Below, piece by piece: positions 12,612 through 26,151 of a stretch of DNA of 64,000 nt; the first letter of the stretch is position 1; the number at the start of each line of letters is the position of its first letter. The notes below the pieces were generated by a model. That model had not been told where the DNA came from and did not search any database. It saw nothing but the letters and a program-made list of their open reading frames with translations. The DNA comes from Fistulifera solaris (Eukaryota), in the NCBI GenBank assembly GCA_030295235.1, contig AP026162.1, forward strand, positions 620,001 to 684,000, written 5' to 3'. Made by a program: the position numbers and the translations under genes.

Positions 12612-13180
12612 AAACTGTAACTTCGTCAAGTGCTGGCTTCTTATGAATGAAATCTTTTTTTATAAAGGCTAGTATTTGTCAACAACTACTCTTCGTGTTC
12701 TGTGTTGGTGGTTGCTGGTGATGGGACGAGAACTTTTTCTTGGTGGTGGCGTGTGCGGGCTTGCGCGCACAGTAGGTAAGCGTACGTGACACTACGCAGG
12801 AAAACTAGCACTCACGTATAGGGGCTCCGCCTCCCCAATGTCAAGAAAAAAGCCAGCTGCATGTTCAATAACTACCAGGTACGTAATGAGAGCCGTACGT
12901 TTTACACTGCTTTAAATCAAAGGTTTCAGACCTTGCAACGCGATTAGTTGCAACGCTTTAGTATCCGGGACTGACACTATTCCGGGGAGTGAGTCGAGTC
13001 GTATGTCGTATCGGCGTCATGTATACTCTTTACAACATAGTACTAAAAATTCTTTTTCTTGTGACGGACAGACCGCTCCGTTGTTGATGCGATCATCACG
13101 CCGGACTTTATACCATCAACACCTTTCCCTTTTCCGTTTGCGCCATTGCAGCCCTTTACAAATATTACATCAAGGTAATA

Positions 13181-14575
13181 ATGGACACGAGCGATCTTCC
13201 CGCGCCGCAAGGTGAGAGGCATATCCTTGCCGCTGAAGAGGAGTTGCGCCTCGAAGTAGGGTTTCAAAAGCAGAGTATCTGTCAGATAATTGTGCTGAAA
13301 GGCTCCTGTGAGCTACAAGGCGTGGAGCTGGCAACCAATAAGCCGTATCAATTCACAGATGGAGGTTTAAAGCTAGCTCTTTTTACTTGGCACGGCTGTG
13401 TGGTCGATGTTCAGTGCGACGAAAGCCTTATGGAAATTAGTTACACTAGCGATGAAACGGCTTGCAACATTGCCTTTGTCAACACGCACGCGCAGTTGGA
13501 GGCGTTGCGCGACGAAGCCGCCGCTTCCAGCGGAGAAGGCCCGCGCGTATTGATTGTAGGTCCTACGGAGTCGGGAAAGTCGTCTCTTACCAAGACATTG
13601 ATTGCTTATGCTACCAAACTCGGTCGGGTCCCACTTTGGATCGATTTAGATCCGGCAGATAATGCACTCTCCGTTCCTGGTACCATGGCGGTTTGTCCTA
13701 TGGATCGGGAGGTAGTTCAAGTGGAGTTATTTGCGACGACGGGAATACCGCACGGAACAGCGGCACCGTTGGTTTTGTGGCACGGAAATACCGAAATCTC
13801 TCCGGATCTGTTTCGCGCACAAGTAACTGCTTTGGGAAAGAAGATTGATGCTCGGATGCAAACAGATGATTGGGCACGCTCCTCGGGAATTATTGTGAAT
13901 ACTAATGGATGGATCCAGGACGAGGGCTATCAGCTATTACTGCACACTGTGACGGCGTTGCGAATAACTGTCATTTTAGTGCTGGGGCATGATAGGTTGT
14001 ACAGCATGATGAAAAGCGCACTGAAGAAGCAAGACGAATCCATAAAAGTCATCAAAGTTCCGAGATCCGGGGGTGTCGTATCAAGAGGAAAGGAGTTTAT
14101 TCGACAACATAGATCAAGGAGCGTGAAACGCTATTTTTACGGTGATACCGTTGAATCCGCGCCGCAGGGTTCTACTGGACACTCATCTTCCGCGTCAACG
14201 AGAGTACCGCAGTTGACCCCCTTCCTGGCTCACGTCAAGTTCGACCAAGTCACGGCCTACAAATTTGCGTCCATGAGCTTGTCGGCTTCTCTGTTGCCGG
14301 TGGCAGCGGCACAGACTACAGAGTCCGTGCAGCTTGTGGAAGTGAGCGATCTTGCTTCGCTGCAACACAAAGTTGTTGCTGTGTGTCATCCTCAAGCTGT
14401 CGCAGCGTATCAAACAAGCAAGAAAGCTAAGGACTTGTACGAATCAGGGGTCGCAGGATTTTGTGTAGTTGAAAGGGTCATTTCCGATACCGAAACATTG
14501 CATCTGCTCAGTCCATGTGCTGGCAGCCTGCCTAGCTACACACTGCTGGTTGGAGATCTAACATGGATGGAGTAA
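13181..14575 (+). CDS. CLP1: Clp1 polynucleotide 5'-hydroxyl kinase / mRNA cleavage factor subunit
   Basis: Intact 464 aa. ELRLEV, ALFTWHGC, GPRVLIVGPTESGKSSL, GIIVNTNGW, PRSGGVV, RYFYG, LLSPCAGSLP. Confidence 0.93.
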   Translation: MDTSDLPAPQGERHILAAEEELRLEVGFQKQSICQIIVLKGSCELQGVELATNKPYQFTDGGLKLALFTWHGCVVDVQCDESLMEISYTSDETACNIAFVNTHAQLEALRDEAAASSGEGPRVLIVGPTESGKSSLTKTLIAYATKLGRVPLWIDLDPADNALSVPGTMAVCPMDREVVQVELFATTGIPHGTAAPLVLWHGNTEISPDLFRAQVTALGKKIDARMQTDDWARSSGIIVNTNGWIQDEGYQLLLHTVTALRITVILVLGHDRLYSMMKSALKKQDESIKVIKVPRSGGVVSRGKEFIRQHRSRSVKRYFYGDTVESAPQGSTGHSSSASTRVPQLTPFLAHVKFDQVTAYKFASMSLSASLLPVAAAQTTESVQLVEVSDLASLQHKVVAVCHPQAVAAYQTSKKAKDLYESGVAGFCVVERVISDTETLHLLSPCAGSLPSYTLLVGDLTWME

Positions 14576-14656
14576 AAGCTCGTACAAAACATAAGATATA
14601 TAACTATAGGATCATCTACCTCATAACAATTGAAACATACTCTTTGGGCATCGCAT

Positions 14657-16307
14657 TTATGCATGAGTCACCCGGTGCCCTGACATTTTGCTCGTATTGT
14701 CAGGCTTTTCAATAACCCAATGATCCATACAAATGTCCTCTTCATCAGGTCCCATGCAAACTGCGCATCCCAGTGCCCTATTCGTTGCACTGGATAGCGA
14801 AGGCAGCTTGAATATTTGATAATTCACTTCCCCCATGAGTTTTTGAATTCGCTGAAGTTCAACTGCCTCAGGGTCTAGTTCGCGTTGCATGTCTTCCATT
14901 GCTTCAAGTAGTGGAAATGCCAGCGACCATTGTTCGAGCGATATGTGACAAATCACCATTTTCTTCACAACATCTAATTTCTCTTCAAGACAGTCCTTGG
15001 ATCCTCGCATAGCGCTCCATATGTTCTCGTAGGCGTTCAACGCCTTCACTGGTTTTGCCAGCATAAAATAAGCATAGCCTAAGTTATCCAGTGTACTTTG
15101 CACGAGCTTGTTGTCTGTTCCCAAAACCGAACGCTGTATTTTCAAAGATTCCTCAAGAAGAGCGATTGCTTCCGTGAAACGATCTTGCTCGATCTCTACG
15201 TACGCCTTATTGCACATTGTTGATGCCATGGTTAGAATGCCAGGGCTATTTCCGTCGACTCCGCAAACAAGATTGATCCAACTTTTGAAAACCGTCTTTT
15301 GCAATTCAATAGCATCATCAAAGGACCTTCTTGCATCTCCAAAGCTTCCCGCTTCAAAGTTCACACACCCAATGTTATTCAAGACTTTTGCAATTTTCAA
15401 GTTACTTTCATCGATATCTTCTTGCGCGAAGCTTTCATCTCTTTCTTCTCGCCGTAGCTTCAAGGCACGCTCAAATACTTTCAAAGCATCCTCGTTCTCA
15501 TCCATGGATAAAAGAATGATTCCCAGTTCAACAAGTGAGTCCTGATCACACGAGATCAAATCAGATGATAGGTAAGAAAACTAAATCATTGTCGTGGTCG
15601 CATTTGAGCAATGTGTACTTACAGCGACTCTAGGATGACTCCGACCAAGAGCACGCGATCTAATCTTAATAGCTTCCTCGATGGCATCCATAGCGTCATC
15701 CAAGGAGCCTGCTCGAAGGTTCGCAATAGCGACATTATGTAGCGCTGCACCAATTCGCTCATGTCTTTCACCATATCGACCAAGCAAGTCAGATAGAATT
15801 GATTCAAACTCTGTGAGGGCTTTTTTATAAGCTCCACTCTACGCAATAGAAAGTTGACGGCTTGTGTGAGATAAAGATTATCTTGTAGATGTAGTAAACA
15901 TTGAAGCAATTTTTGGAACTTACGGACATGGCCTTGCAAGCCTTCGTATGTTTTCGCCCTCAGCGTTTTCTCAAAACGCTGAAAGGTTTCGCTACGTTCA
16001 TCTAGGCTCTCCCCTTGGTCTCTAACATCACCTTCTGTTGAAGCTGATATATCAGATACTGCAGACGACACATCGTCCTCAACATCCTCGCTTATTGCTT
16101 TTTTCCATTCTTTATTATCTTCCTTCTTCTCCGCAGTTTGCTTTCCGGCCGGTGTCGATTGGTCTCGAGGAATCTCTGCCTCAGTCTTGTTTCTTTCAAA
16201 AAAGCTGCTGACTTTCATGGTCCCAAGCACAACCGAGCTATCTTGTTGATTTTCTTTTCGCTTGGTGTTTCGTTGGACTGTGCACCTTCGACTTCCGATG
16301 TATTCAT
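14657..16307 (-). CDS. TPR-repeat protein (kinesin light chain/nephrocystin-3-like TPRs)
   Basis: IGAALHNVAIANLRAG..LGRSHPRVA, AKVLNNIGCV, STLDNLGYAY. Clear intron 15542-15622. Probable intron 15839-15923 whose phase needs a further correction. Probable missing A near 16255. 5' end uncertain. Confidence 0.75.
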
Positions 16308-16675
16308 TCCTTTGACATCGCCAAGGTCGGTGGAAAAATCGTGAGTTCGTAATGTTGTCGATCTGGCGAGAGTTTGTGGCGCTTTAATTGGGCCTACCAA
16401 ATTGAACTGTACATAGGACCAAAAATTCGCACGGTACTCGTGCTTAGATCCAAGAACGTGTACGCCCAAAAGGACAATCAGCGCGCACGTCGAATATGCA
16501 TTAGCCAACACTATCGCTGAAAAGCAAAGTACTTTTTGTACGATATGAAGGCTTATGCCCTCACAAGTTGCTATCGCTCAAATGATTCTCCTTGACCACA
16601 AAATGAGAAAAGAACAACAAGTGAGGCCGATATCTTTCCTTTTCGTTACTCCAGTATAAAGAGAAGATAAATACA

Positions 16676-17421
16676 ATGAAGTAAGTTCCTTACAACGTTT
16701 ACGATTAAAATCCAGAGGAAAGAAATTGTTGCTCACCTTCTCGTTGTTCTACGACCTCAGGGCCGGTCTTCGCGGGATGCTCCGAAAAGCTCGAGAGGCT
16801 CGGAAGAAAACAGTCGACGAGTACCAGAGTAAAAACAACAATAAGACGCTTGCCCCTATTGATGAAGCCAGTTTAGAGGAAAGTCGTGCACCAGAGGAAG
16901 GCCGCGAACCTGAGGAGTGTGCTAAACCTGGGGAACAGAAAACAAAGAGGGTGCCAAGGTTTTTCCGCGGCAAGAGTGCTAAAAATGTTGAACACAAAAA
17001 ACAAGAAAATGACGAAGAATCGAAAGCTGACAGCCATACTATCAACAATGAAGTCGAGAGTGTAAAGAAGGAAGGGCCAGAAAAACCCAAAGCCGTTGAC
17101 GATAACGAAGATAGCGATGAGACCCAGAAATTTGCTGAGCAGGAAAAAGAACCCGTTCTCTCCCCGGTATCGATCAATAGCCCAGTCTCCGACCATGACA
17201 TCCATTCGCCAGCTAGCTCCCGCTCCAGTATGGACGACGACCGCGACGCACCAATGGTGGACTCAAATCAAAGCATCGATTCCCACATTTCAATAATCCA
17301 GTCTCCCCGGGGAGCTGGTATTCGTTCCGCACCAAAAACACCTGACTATACAACCCGGATGGAAGTAGCTGAAGACACTCCTATAGCGCACAGTACCGGT
17401 TTCCTATGCGGTTGCATCTGA
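16676..17421 (+). CDS. Hypothetical charged/disordered protein ending FLCGCI
   Basis: ATGAA|gtaagt intron 16681-16760 ..cag|G GCC GGT gives MKAGLRGMLRK, followed by a long open exon. Confidence 0.75.
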
Positions 17422-17601
17422 TTTCCCGGAATTGGATGAGTTTGGAAAGCTTTAAACTTTTGGTGAACAGTGTAATGTGTTTTATATAGTTGCTTTATTA
17501 TGGGTCATCATTCATCAGATACAACTAAACTCAAAGTGACAAAGATACATCGCACAGCGTCATGTAGACATGACGCCACCAATGCTACCACTTTAGCTCT
17601 C

Positions 17602-18961
<1,360 letters not shown>

Positions 18962-19516
18962 TTGGCTGAAGTTGTCGGTCTATCTGGGATGAGAGAGTTT
19001 TGAAGATGTGGAAGTCCTGTCTCCTTCAGAAAGTGATTGAACCGATGCCGATAGCTAATTGTTAGACTTGCAAACGGTTGCTTCTACCTCTGCAGCTTCT
19101 TTGTCGCTCGATCGCTTAATCTTTCACGAAATGTTAACAGAAGAGATACCTGGTAGGTTCGAAGGTACGGCGTATCGCTTTATTATTAGAGATGCGATGG
19201 TGTTCGTTGCCTCTACCTCGGCGTTTTTTTCCGCCCTGAACTGGCGTCCTGCCGTCGTTCCGGTATTAATTATAACATTCTAGTCAATAGTGAAAAAATC
19301 TTATTCATGACTGACGTATGTGCGTGACCTACTGAGTCAAGAGAGCAAGAGAGTCTTATGAACACTTTTCTTCAACTCCACCAACATTTTATCACGAGCT
19401 AGTCAACGTTGACAATAAAAGCTTTGTTACAAAATAATAATATATCAACCGAAACACTGAAAAGTCACAAAATATGCAAGATGTAATTTAAAGAAATTTA
19501 GCATCACACTTCTGCC

Positions 19517-20281
19517 TTACTGAAGAGGATCAATTAAAGCTCCTGCTACTACAGCAGCTACTGCCAATACACCAAATCCGATCGCGGCAACTTTCGTAGC
19601 CATTTGCTCTTCGTTCGTTTGAATTTCAACCAAGCACTGGCTCAAGTCGTTCTCCGAACCATTCTTGTCTTTTTCGGTAACACGGTAAACCCAACCACCG
19701 GGCTCAACTTGATCGTCTAGGAAGCGGTAAACCCCGCCACTGGATCCTTTAGACTGCAGTGGACCGTAGTTTGCGTACGAGGCAAGAACTTCGAATTTCT
19801 CGGTTTTTGCCGGCCGACGCTTCACGATGAATCCTTGTGTGTTCGATTCTTCACCGGTCGTCCACTCCAACTCGACGGCACCATCAATGACCTTGTATTT
19901 TAACCCTGTACCAGAAAGTTCTTGGAAAGCAGAGTCGCGCAGCAAACTTCCCTGCACCTGTGTTTCCTGCTCTTTGCGCTTGCGACGGGCCTCGGCTTTA
20001 TCACGCATGACTTTACGGATTTCCTTTTCGTCTTCAGCCGTGATCTTCATCCAAGGAGCGTACTCAATACCTCTTTCGTTTCGCAAGTTGGACATTCGTT
20101 TCGTCTTTTTCAATTCCTGCTGCACCATCTCTTCAATTTCCTCTTCCAGAGTCTTTTCGAAGCAGACAGTTGTGGATTGCGGTTTCGTCGCAACATAAGA
20201 AGAAACACGAGGAAGAGGCGCAAAAGCGGCCGACTGCCCAATGAGTAGAGCCAAGCCTGTAGAAACGAGAGTCAACTTCAT
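19517..20281 (-). CDS. Plastid-targeted protein with FN3/Ig-like domain and C-terminal TM anchor
   Basis: MKLTLVSTGLALLIGQSAA-FAP presequence, charged helical region, beta-rich VELEWTTGEESNTQGFIVKR..YRFLD..YRVTE, hydrophobic tail VAAIGFGVLAVAAVVAGALI. Confidence 0.85.
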   Translation of the reverse strand: MKLTLVSTGLALLIGQSAAFAPLPRVSSYVATKPQSTTVCFEKTLEEEIEEMVQQELKKTKRMSNLRNERGIEYAPWMKITAEDEKEIRKVMRDKAEARRKRKEQETQVQGSLLRDSAFQELSGTGLKYKVIDGAVELEWTTGEESNTQGFIVKRRPAKTEKFEVLASYANYGPLQSKGSSGGVYRFLDDQVEPGGWVYRVTEKDKNGSENDLSQCLVEIQTNEEQMATKVAAIGFGVLAVAAVVAGALIDPLQ

Positions 20282-20653
20282 GATGAAATATATAACGACT
20301 GACTGAAGGATATCAACTTAGATTCGTATATTTGCATCAAGGTAAATGAGACGGCAGTTTGCAGTGTTCGATGCAGGCTTTGCTGACTGCAATACAACGA
20401 GTAACGGATGACATCATTCGATCGACGTCAGCTTGCGTGACTCGTGGCTCGTGGCAATTTTCTCCCTCCATTCGTCTGTCCTGCCAACCGTCCTACCTGG
20501 TACGATCGTTTTGAACGGATGGCGCTCGCACCTCGCACGTCTCATCGCGTCCTCCGTTCACCGTCTTCCAAAACTTTTCTTGTTGCGCGGGTGCGGTACC
20601 TTCAACATCAATTAAACCGCATCATTGAATATACGATTATCAAAACTACAAGA

Positions 20654-23600
20654 ATGGCACGAGGCAAGAAGAAAGGAGGCCGCAGAGACGACGACCGCGA
20701 CGACGAGAAACCGGCGCCGGCTCCGGCGCCTCAGGAGGCGGGCAAACAAATGAGCCGCAAAGAAAAACGACTTCAGAAACAACAACAAAAGCCGAAGCAA
20801 GCGGCCGACGACTCGGATAGTGACGTTGATGATAATCTGGCGGCATTGCTCGGTGGGAAACTGAAAACGAATTATGGTAGTGACAGTGATGACGACGATG
20901 TGCCCCGGCCCGCCAAGGCTGCTGGCAAAAAGAAAGGACGGGCGGCGATGCTGGCTCAAGCCATGGAGTCTTCTTCGGAAGAGGAGGAAGAAGAAAAGGT
21001 GGAAGAAGAAATTGACGCAACAAGTGACGCTGACGAGGACGACGGTGCTATTCAGCAAGTTTCGATGAAATTGGCTGACGACTGGGGAATCGATTCGAAA
21101 AAGAAAAAGAAGGATAAGAAAGAGAAGAAGGAGAAAAAAAGAGAAAAAGGAAAAGAAAGAAAAGAAGGATAAGAAAGACAAAAAGGATGAAGAGGAGGAG
21201 GAAAAGCAGGTAAAACCGAAAGAGAAGTCAAAGTTTGAGCTACAAATGGAAGCTGCTCTTCGAAAGAAGAACGAGGAAGCGAAAGACGAGGATAAACCTG
21301 CCAAGCCAGTTCCCGCACCGCCCAAGGTGCAGGAAGTAGCGCCTGAACCACAACCGATGGTTGTCGAGGAGAATGACGATGAGGATAATAATGAAGATAC
21401 CGAAATCGTTTATGGCGCTCCTGATGATGTTGCGTGGACGGACAAGAGTCACGCTCAAAGAGAAGCAGACAACAATGGTGATAATGATGACGATCCTTCG
21501 AAGCTACTGTATGGTCCAGACGGAAAGAAACTGAGTAATAAGGAGCGAAAGAAATTGTTGAAGGAACGAGAAGCTGCGAAGCGACAAGCGGAATACGAGG
21601 AATCTGCTGCGAAGGCATCAAAAGAAGGTGCACAATTTGCATGCTCGCAAACTGCCGTTAACGAAAATGACCCGCAATGGATGAATTCTCTGGATATCAA
21701 CATTCCCAATTTTACCATTAGTGCAGCGGGAAAGATTCTATTCAAAGATGCTGCCTTGACGATTGCACACGGTCGTCGCTATGGGTAAGAGATGATGGTT
21801 TTCTGATTAATTGTATTGAATCACTGATTGTCTAACGGCGCGTATTACACAAAGGCTTGTCGGTCCAAACGGAAGGGGAAAGAGTACGATGTTGAAGATG
21901 ATCGCCTCCCGCGATTTGAAACTGCCTCCTCGTATTGATTTCTTGTATGTGGAACAGGAGGTTGTGGCTGACGACACTCCTGCCGTCGAGGCCGTACTAC
22001 GGGCTGATCAAATACGATGGAAGTTGCTGGAAGAAGAAAAGGAACTGATGCAGGCTATCGATAATGGCGATGAAGCTGTCGACAAGCTAGAAAGACTTCA
22101 AGAAGTCGTCGACGAGTTGACGAACATGGGCGCTGACGCAGCCGAGGCGAAAGCACGTCGTATTCTGTACGGTCTTGGTTTCACTATGGATATGCAGACG
22201 AAACCTACTAAGATGTTCAGCGGTGGGTGGCGAATGCGCATTTCACTGGCTCGGGTAAGTGCTGTCAAGAGTGACAAGTCAACGAAAACATTGACAAGGA
22301 ATGCTAACACACTCGTCAAACAGGCCTTGTTTATGGAACCAACGCTTCTTATGCTGGATGAGCCCACCAATCATTTGGATCTTAACGCGGTTATCTGGTT
22401 GGACGAATACTTGCAAAAATGGAAGAAAACTCTTTTGATTGTATCGCACGATCAAGATTTTCTTAATAGTGTCTGTCAAGAAATGCTCCACATTGAAGAT
22501 CTAAAACTTATTTCCTATAAGGGCGACTACGATAGTTTTAAGAAAGCCGAGAAGACTAGGTTCCTTGAACAAGTAAAGGCGTGGGAAAAGCAAGAGAAAC
22601 GACTAAGAGAGCTCAAGAAATCTGGCCAGTCCAAAGCCAAAGCACAAGAAACAGTCAAAAACTCGAAGCGCGAAGCTGGAGCCCGAAGTCAGAAGAAGAA
22701 GAATGACGCTATAGCCGCTGGTTCTGCTACTGCTGAATTGAAGGAGCTGATCGCTCGGCCGCGCGAATACACGGTAAAGTTGGAATTTGCGGAAGTGGCA
22801 GAGCTCGGAAGACCTGTCATCGAGGTCAATAATGTGCACTTCAGATATTCGCCGAAACATCCCATCATTTTCGAGAAGATAGATTTTGGTATTGATATGG
22901 ACAGCCGAGTTTGTGTTGTTGGTGAGTATCATCGGATGCATTTCTCGCTCTTTCGATGATCATTCGTTTGGTCTGACACATTTATTTTACTTTGATAACA
23001 CCAGGCCCGAATGGATCGGGAAAGAGTACCTTAATCAAACTTCTCACTGGTGAGATTAACCCGACAACAGGAGAAGTGCGACGCAATCCTCGGTTACGCA
23101 TGGGTATCTACAATCAGCACTTTGTTGATCGACTACCAATGAACAAAACACCAGTTGAGCACCTTCGCGATCGATTTCCGGGACAAGATTATCAGAGTGT
23201 GCGAAACCGTCTAGGAAAGTATGGACTAGAAGGCCACGCGCATGAGGTTACGATGCGAGATTTGAGTGGCGGACAGAAGGCACGTGTTGTCTTTGTAGAG
23301 CTAAGTCTACAAGAGCCGCATGTCTTATTGCTGGATGAGCCTACCAACAACTTGGATATTGAGACAATTGACGCACTTTGCGAAGCCATCAATGAATTCA
23401 AAGGTGGTATTGTCGTCGTCACGCACGACCAACGTTTGATTGAAGAATGCCAATGCACCCTATGGGTGGTTGAGAAACAGGGCGTCACAAAGTGGGAGGC
23501 AGGTTTTGACGACTACAAAGCGAACATTCTCCGACAATTAGAAGAAGAGGTCGAGCGCGAGGCAGCTAGCCGAAGAGCGAAGCTTGAGGCGGCAGCCGCG

Positions 23601-23660
23601 GCCAAGGCGGAGAAACTGAAACAGCTTTCCAGCAAGTTGAAAAAGAAAGCAAAGAAATGA
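20654..23660 (+). CDS. ABC-F family ATPase (ABCF1-like) with long K/E-rich N-terminus
   Basis: Two NBDs (GPNGRGKST, FSGGWRMR, LDEPTNHLD; GPNGSGKST, LSGGQKAR, LDEPTNNLD) and no TM domain. Introns 21785-21854, 22255-22323, 22922-23004. Frameshift in the A-rich tract at 21130-21170. Confidence 0.92.
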
Positions 23661-23774
23661 GCTTCGATGATTGCTGAGGTAATGTCTCATTAGTCAAACG
23701 CAAAGCATTCATAAATACTACTACTAGTACGTTCAACTTTGCAAAGAAACGGTCTATCGACAATGTATTATTGT

Positions 23775-25019
23775 TTATTGGTTTTCCGACCTCTGAATTT
23801 CAGAGTATTTCTGTTCGACTGTAGGTTTCAGCCACGTTGTTGCCCGAGGCATGGCACGGTTCGCTGCATAGTCTACAATGAATGTGGGGAGAAGTTTCGA
23901 AACTTTGAGGCTGCAAAGCAGCCACACACGTGTTACGTTGGGCCCACGCCCATCGGGATTGCGCTGCGTGTACCAAATGCCCTTGGCATCTTGTAAAACG
24001 GCACCCTTGTTGGCGCGATCAAGAGTGAACACCATGTAGTGTCCGTCCGGGTGAGGCTGGTATTTGTGGATTGCAGCGATCTTAAGTTGGTACTTGGACA
24101 AGACGAAAGAGGCACGCGAAATACTGGCAGTACCGTAGTGGCGCATAGCTCTCGTACTCTCCGGTAACACCGGATCTTCTGCCAAATAACTCGACGCCAA
24201 GTGTGTGTTGGTGAACATTCTCATGCTTCGCACTGTCTTGATGTATTCCGGATAATTCTCAAAATCCAGCAAACATTCCCACACAACATAAGGCGGAGCG
24301 TTCACATCCACTACAACAAAACCAGATCCTTCGCGTCCCATTTTTGACTGTTCCTGTATTCTTTCTCCAGCTGCAAGCTGTTTCCTCTGCTCGTCCGAGA
24401 GCGACGGAAGTGAAAAGGGAAGTGGCGAGTTTTCGGCCGTTAACAACGCATCCACGTCGACACCCAGCTCTGTAGCTTTTCCGGCTCTTTCTTCATCGGT
24501 CAAAATAGGAGTAAGAATAAACCCTTCTGTTTTATTCCACGTCCCCGGGGACGCAGTGTTTCTGGTAAATACTAAATCCGACACTTGATCCAATCCACCG
24601 ATGGAAGCTGCTTCGGCAATTACCTGACGCGGCTCCGTCTCACTGTAATTCTTCAATCCGGTTCGTTGTTTCGCTCGTTCCAGCACATTTTTGACTCTTT
24701 TCCGCACTCCAAAACGACTACTTTTTCGTTCTTCGCCTCCCTTGGACCACGAATCTGTCGTGTTGCTGCGGATGGGCTTTTCCACGGCAAATCGAGTCAC
24801 TCGAATGGGCTCTGACAAAAATCCCCATCGAAGACACGACTGTCGAGACGATAAGAAACCATTTACCGGAAACGAAGACAGAAATGAAGCTGCCAAAACT
24901 GTTGATAGAAGGACGGAGCACAGTCGTCTGGATCGACAAGAAAGACGACTGCCTTGGTTCCTTCGCCGCCGCCGACGACTCATTCCAGTGGATTGTGTGA
25001 TTTCTGCGATGGTTGGCAT
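23775..25019 (-). CDS. START/SRPBCC (polyketide cyclase-like) domain protein
   Basis: VDVNAPPYVVWECLLDFENYPEYI..GIWY..LLPTFIVDYAANRAMPRATTWLK. Hydrophobic N-terminal segment ending VNG-FL. Start uncertain. Confidence 0.75.
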   Translation of the reverse strand: MPTIAEITQSTGMSRRRRRRNQGSRLSCRSRRLCSVLLSTVLAASFLSSFPVNGFLSSRQSCLRWGFLSEPIRVTRFAVEKPIRSNTTDSWSKGGEERKSSRFGVRKRVKNVLERAKQRTGLKNYSETEPRQVIAEAASIGGLDQVSDLVFTRNTASPGTWNKTEGFILTPILTDEERAGKATELGVDVDALLTAENSPLPFSLPSLSDEQRKQLAAGERIQEQSKMGREGSGFVVVDVNAPPYVVWECLLDFENYPEYIKTVRSMRMFTNTHLASSYLAEDPVLPESTRAMRHYGTASISRASFVLSKYQLKIAAIHKYQPHPDGHYMVFTLDRANKGAVLQDAKGIWYTQRNPDGRGPNVTRVWLLCSLKVSKLLPTFIVDYAANRAMPRATTWLKPTVEQKYSEIQRSENQ

Positions 25020-25684
25020 ACTCAAATAGACGATGTAGATTGTAACGAATTAAGACTTGCTGGATAGTCTTTTCTTGTTCTTTTTGATAAACCTCAATAG
25101 TTATTTCACACAGGCCGATCGAGTTGATGAGCACACGGTTTCTTGTCGTGACTGCGTTGACTTGGCGAAACCAACGAGGGCCTTTTCTTCGCGTTGTTCT
25201 GTGTTCTGCGGGGGTGTGACGAGCGCAAAGAGATTCCCGTCGGACGTCCGACCCATCACCATCGTCCAAGCAAAAGCACTCGTTTCCGTCTGCGCTGTTT
25301 TGTCATGACGGCACAACCGAGCGGAGTACGTCACTGTCGCCGAAGAAGCCGAAGGGTGGTGGAGAGCTCGGGAGTCACGGTGAAAACGGATTCACGAATA
25401 AGGCGTAACAACATCTTCCACGTCAACTTCATCGGTGACGTATGTTGTGACGTACCTTGTAAAATTTTAGCATCCAGGACTATGACCGGATTGTGTTCAA
25501 AAAAGTAATCTACTTTTAGCGCTATACTAGCGCTGAATACCGGAAACCAATCGCGTGCCGCGTGAAAACGAGGCGCATCGATTTTTCGCTTTTTCGCGTC
25601 TCTCGTCTCTCGCTCGCTCGTTCAGCGATGTTCACAAACGACAGAAAACCGGCCGAGACTTATCAGCAATAAAAGCAATCGAAG

Positions 25685-26151
25685 GTGAGTTTAATAAGTT
25701 ACAAGAGAACCATATATGAAGATGAATCATATAGAAATGTCGAGAGCGGTATTTGTGTCTAAGAGGAATGTGTTTGCGTCGAGATTCGGAAGAAGACGAA
25801 AGGGTCGTCATTTTGGCGGCATTTTCATCAGTCGCCCCGCGTTTTCGACATATCGCACTCCTGGCTACAGATGTGTCAACGAGTGATTTGATCTCTTTAG
25901 TCTACATCTATTTCAATGAGAGATGCTCCCCATCATTGCTGCTGCGCCTCTTGCATCGACGGTGACGAGAGTCATTCTCGGTCGTGCTTTCTACGTGCCG
26001 GCCCTACGGCGCGAAAGTGCGCGTCGTGCCCCCAAAAACCACTCAAAGTGAACCTCCAATTGCATTCCGTCATCTGACCCGGTCTTTTTTTCGCTTTCAT
26101 TATTATTTTCGTTCCCCGTCGCATTATCATTACTTCATAATTAAATCACAG
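25685..26151 (+). other. Probable 467-nt 5'UTR intron of the ADP/ATP carrier gene
   Basis: AAG|gtgagt donor at 25685, T-rich tract, and cacag acceptor directly before the ATG at 26152. Confidence 0.6.

Noticed and set aside
20612..21642. Long antisense ORFs over ABCF, also over the CtIP-like gene (41934-42686) and the repeat protein
   Set aside because: Shadow frames of low-complexity sense coding sequence.
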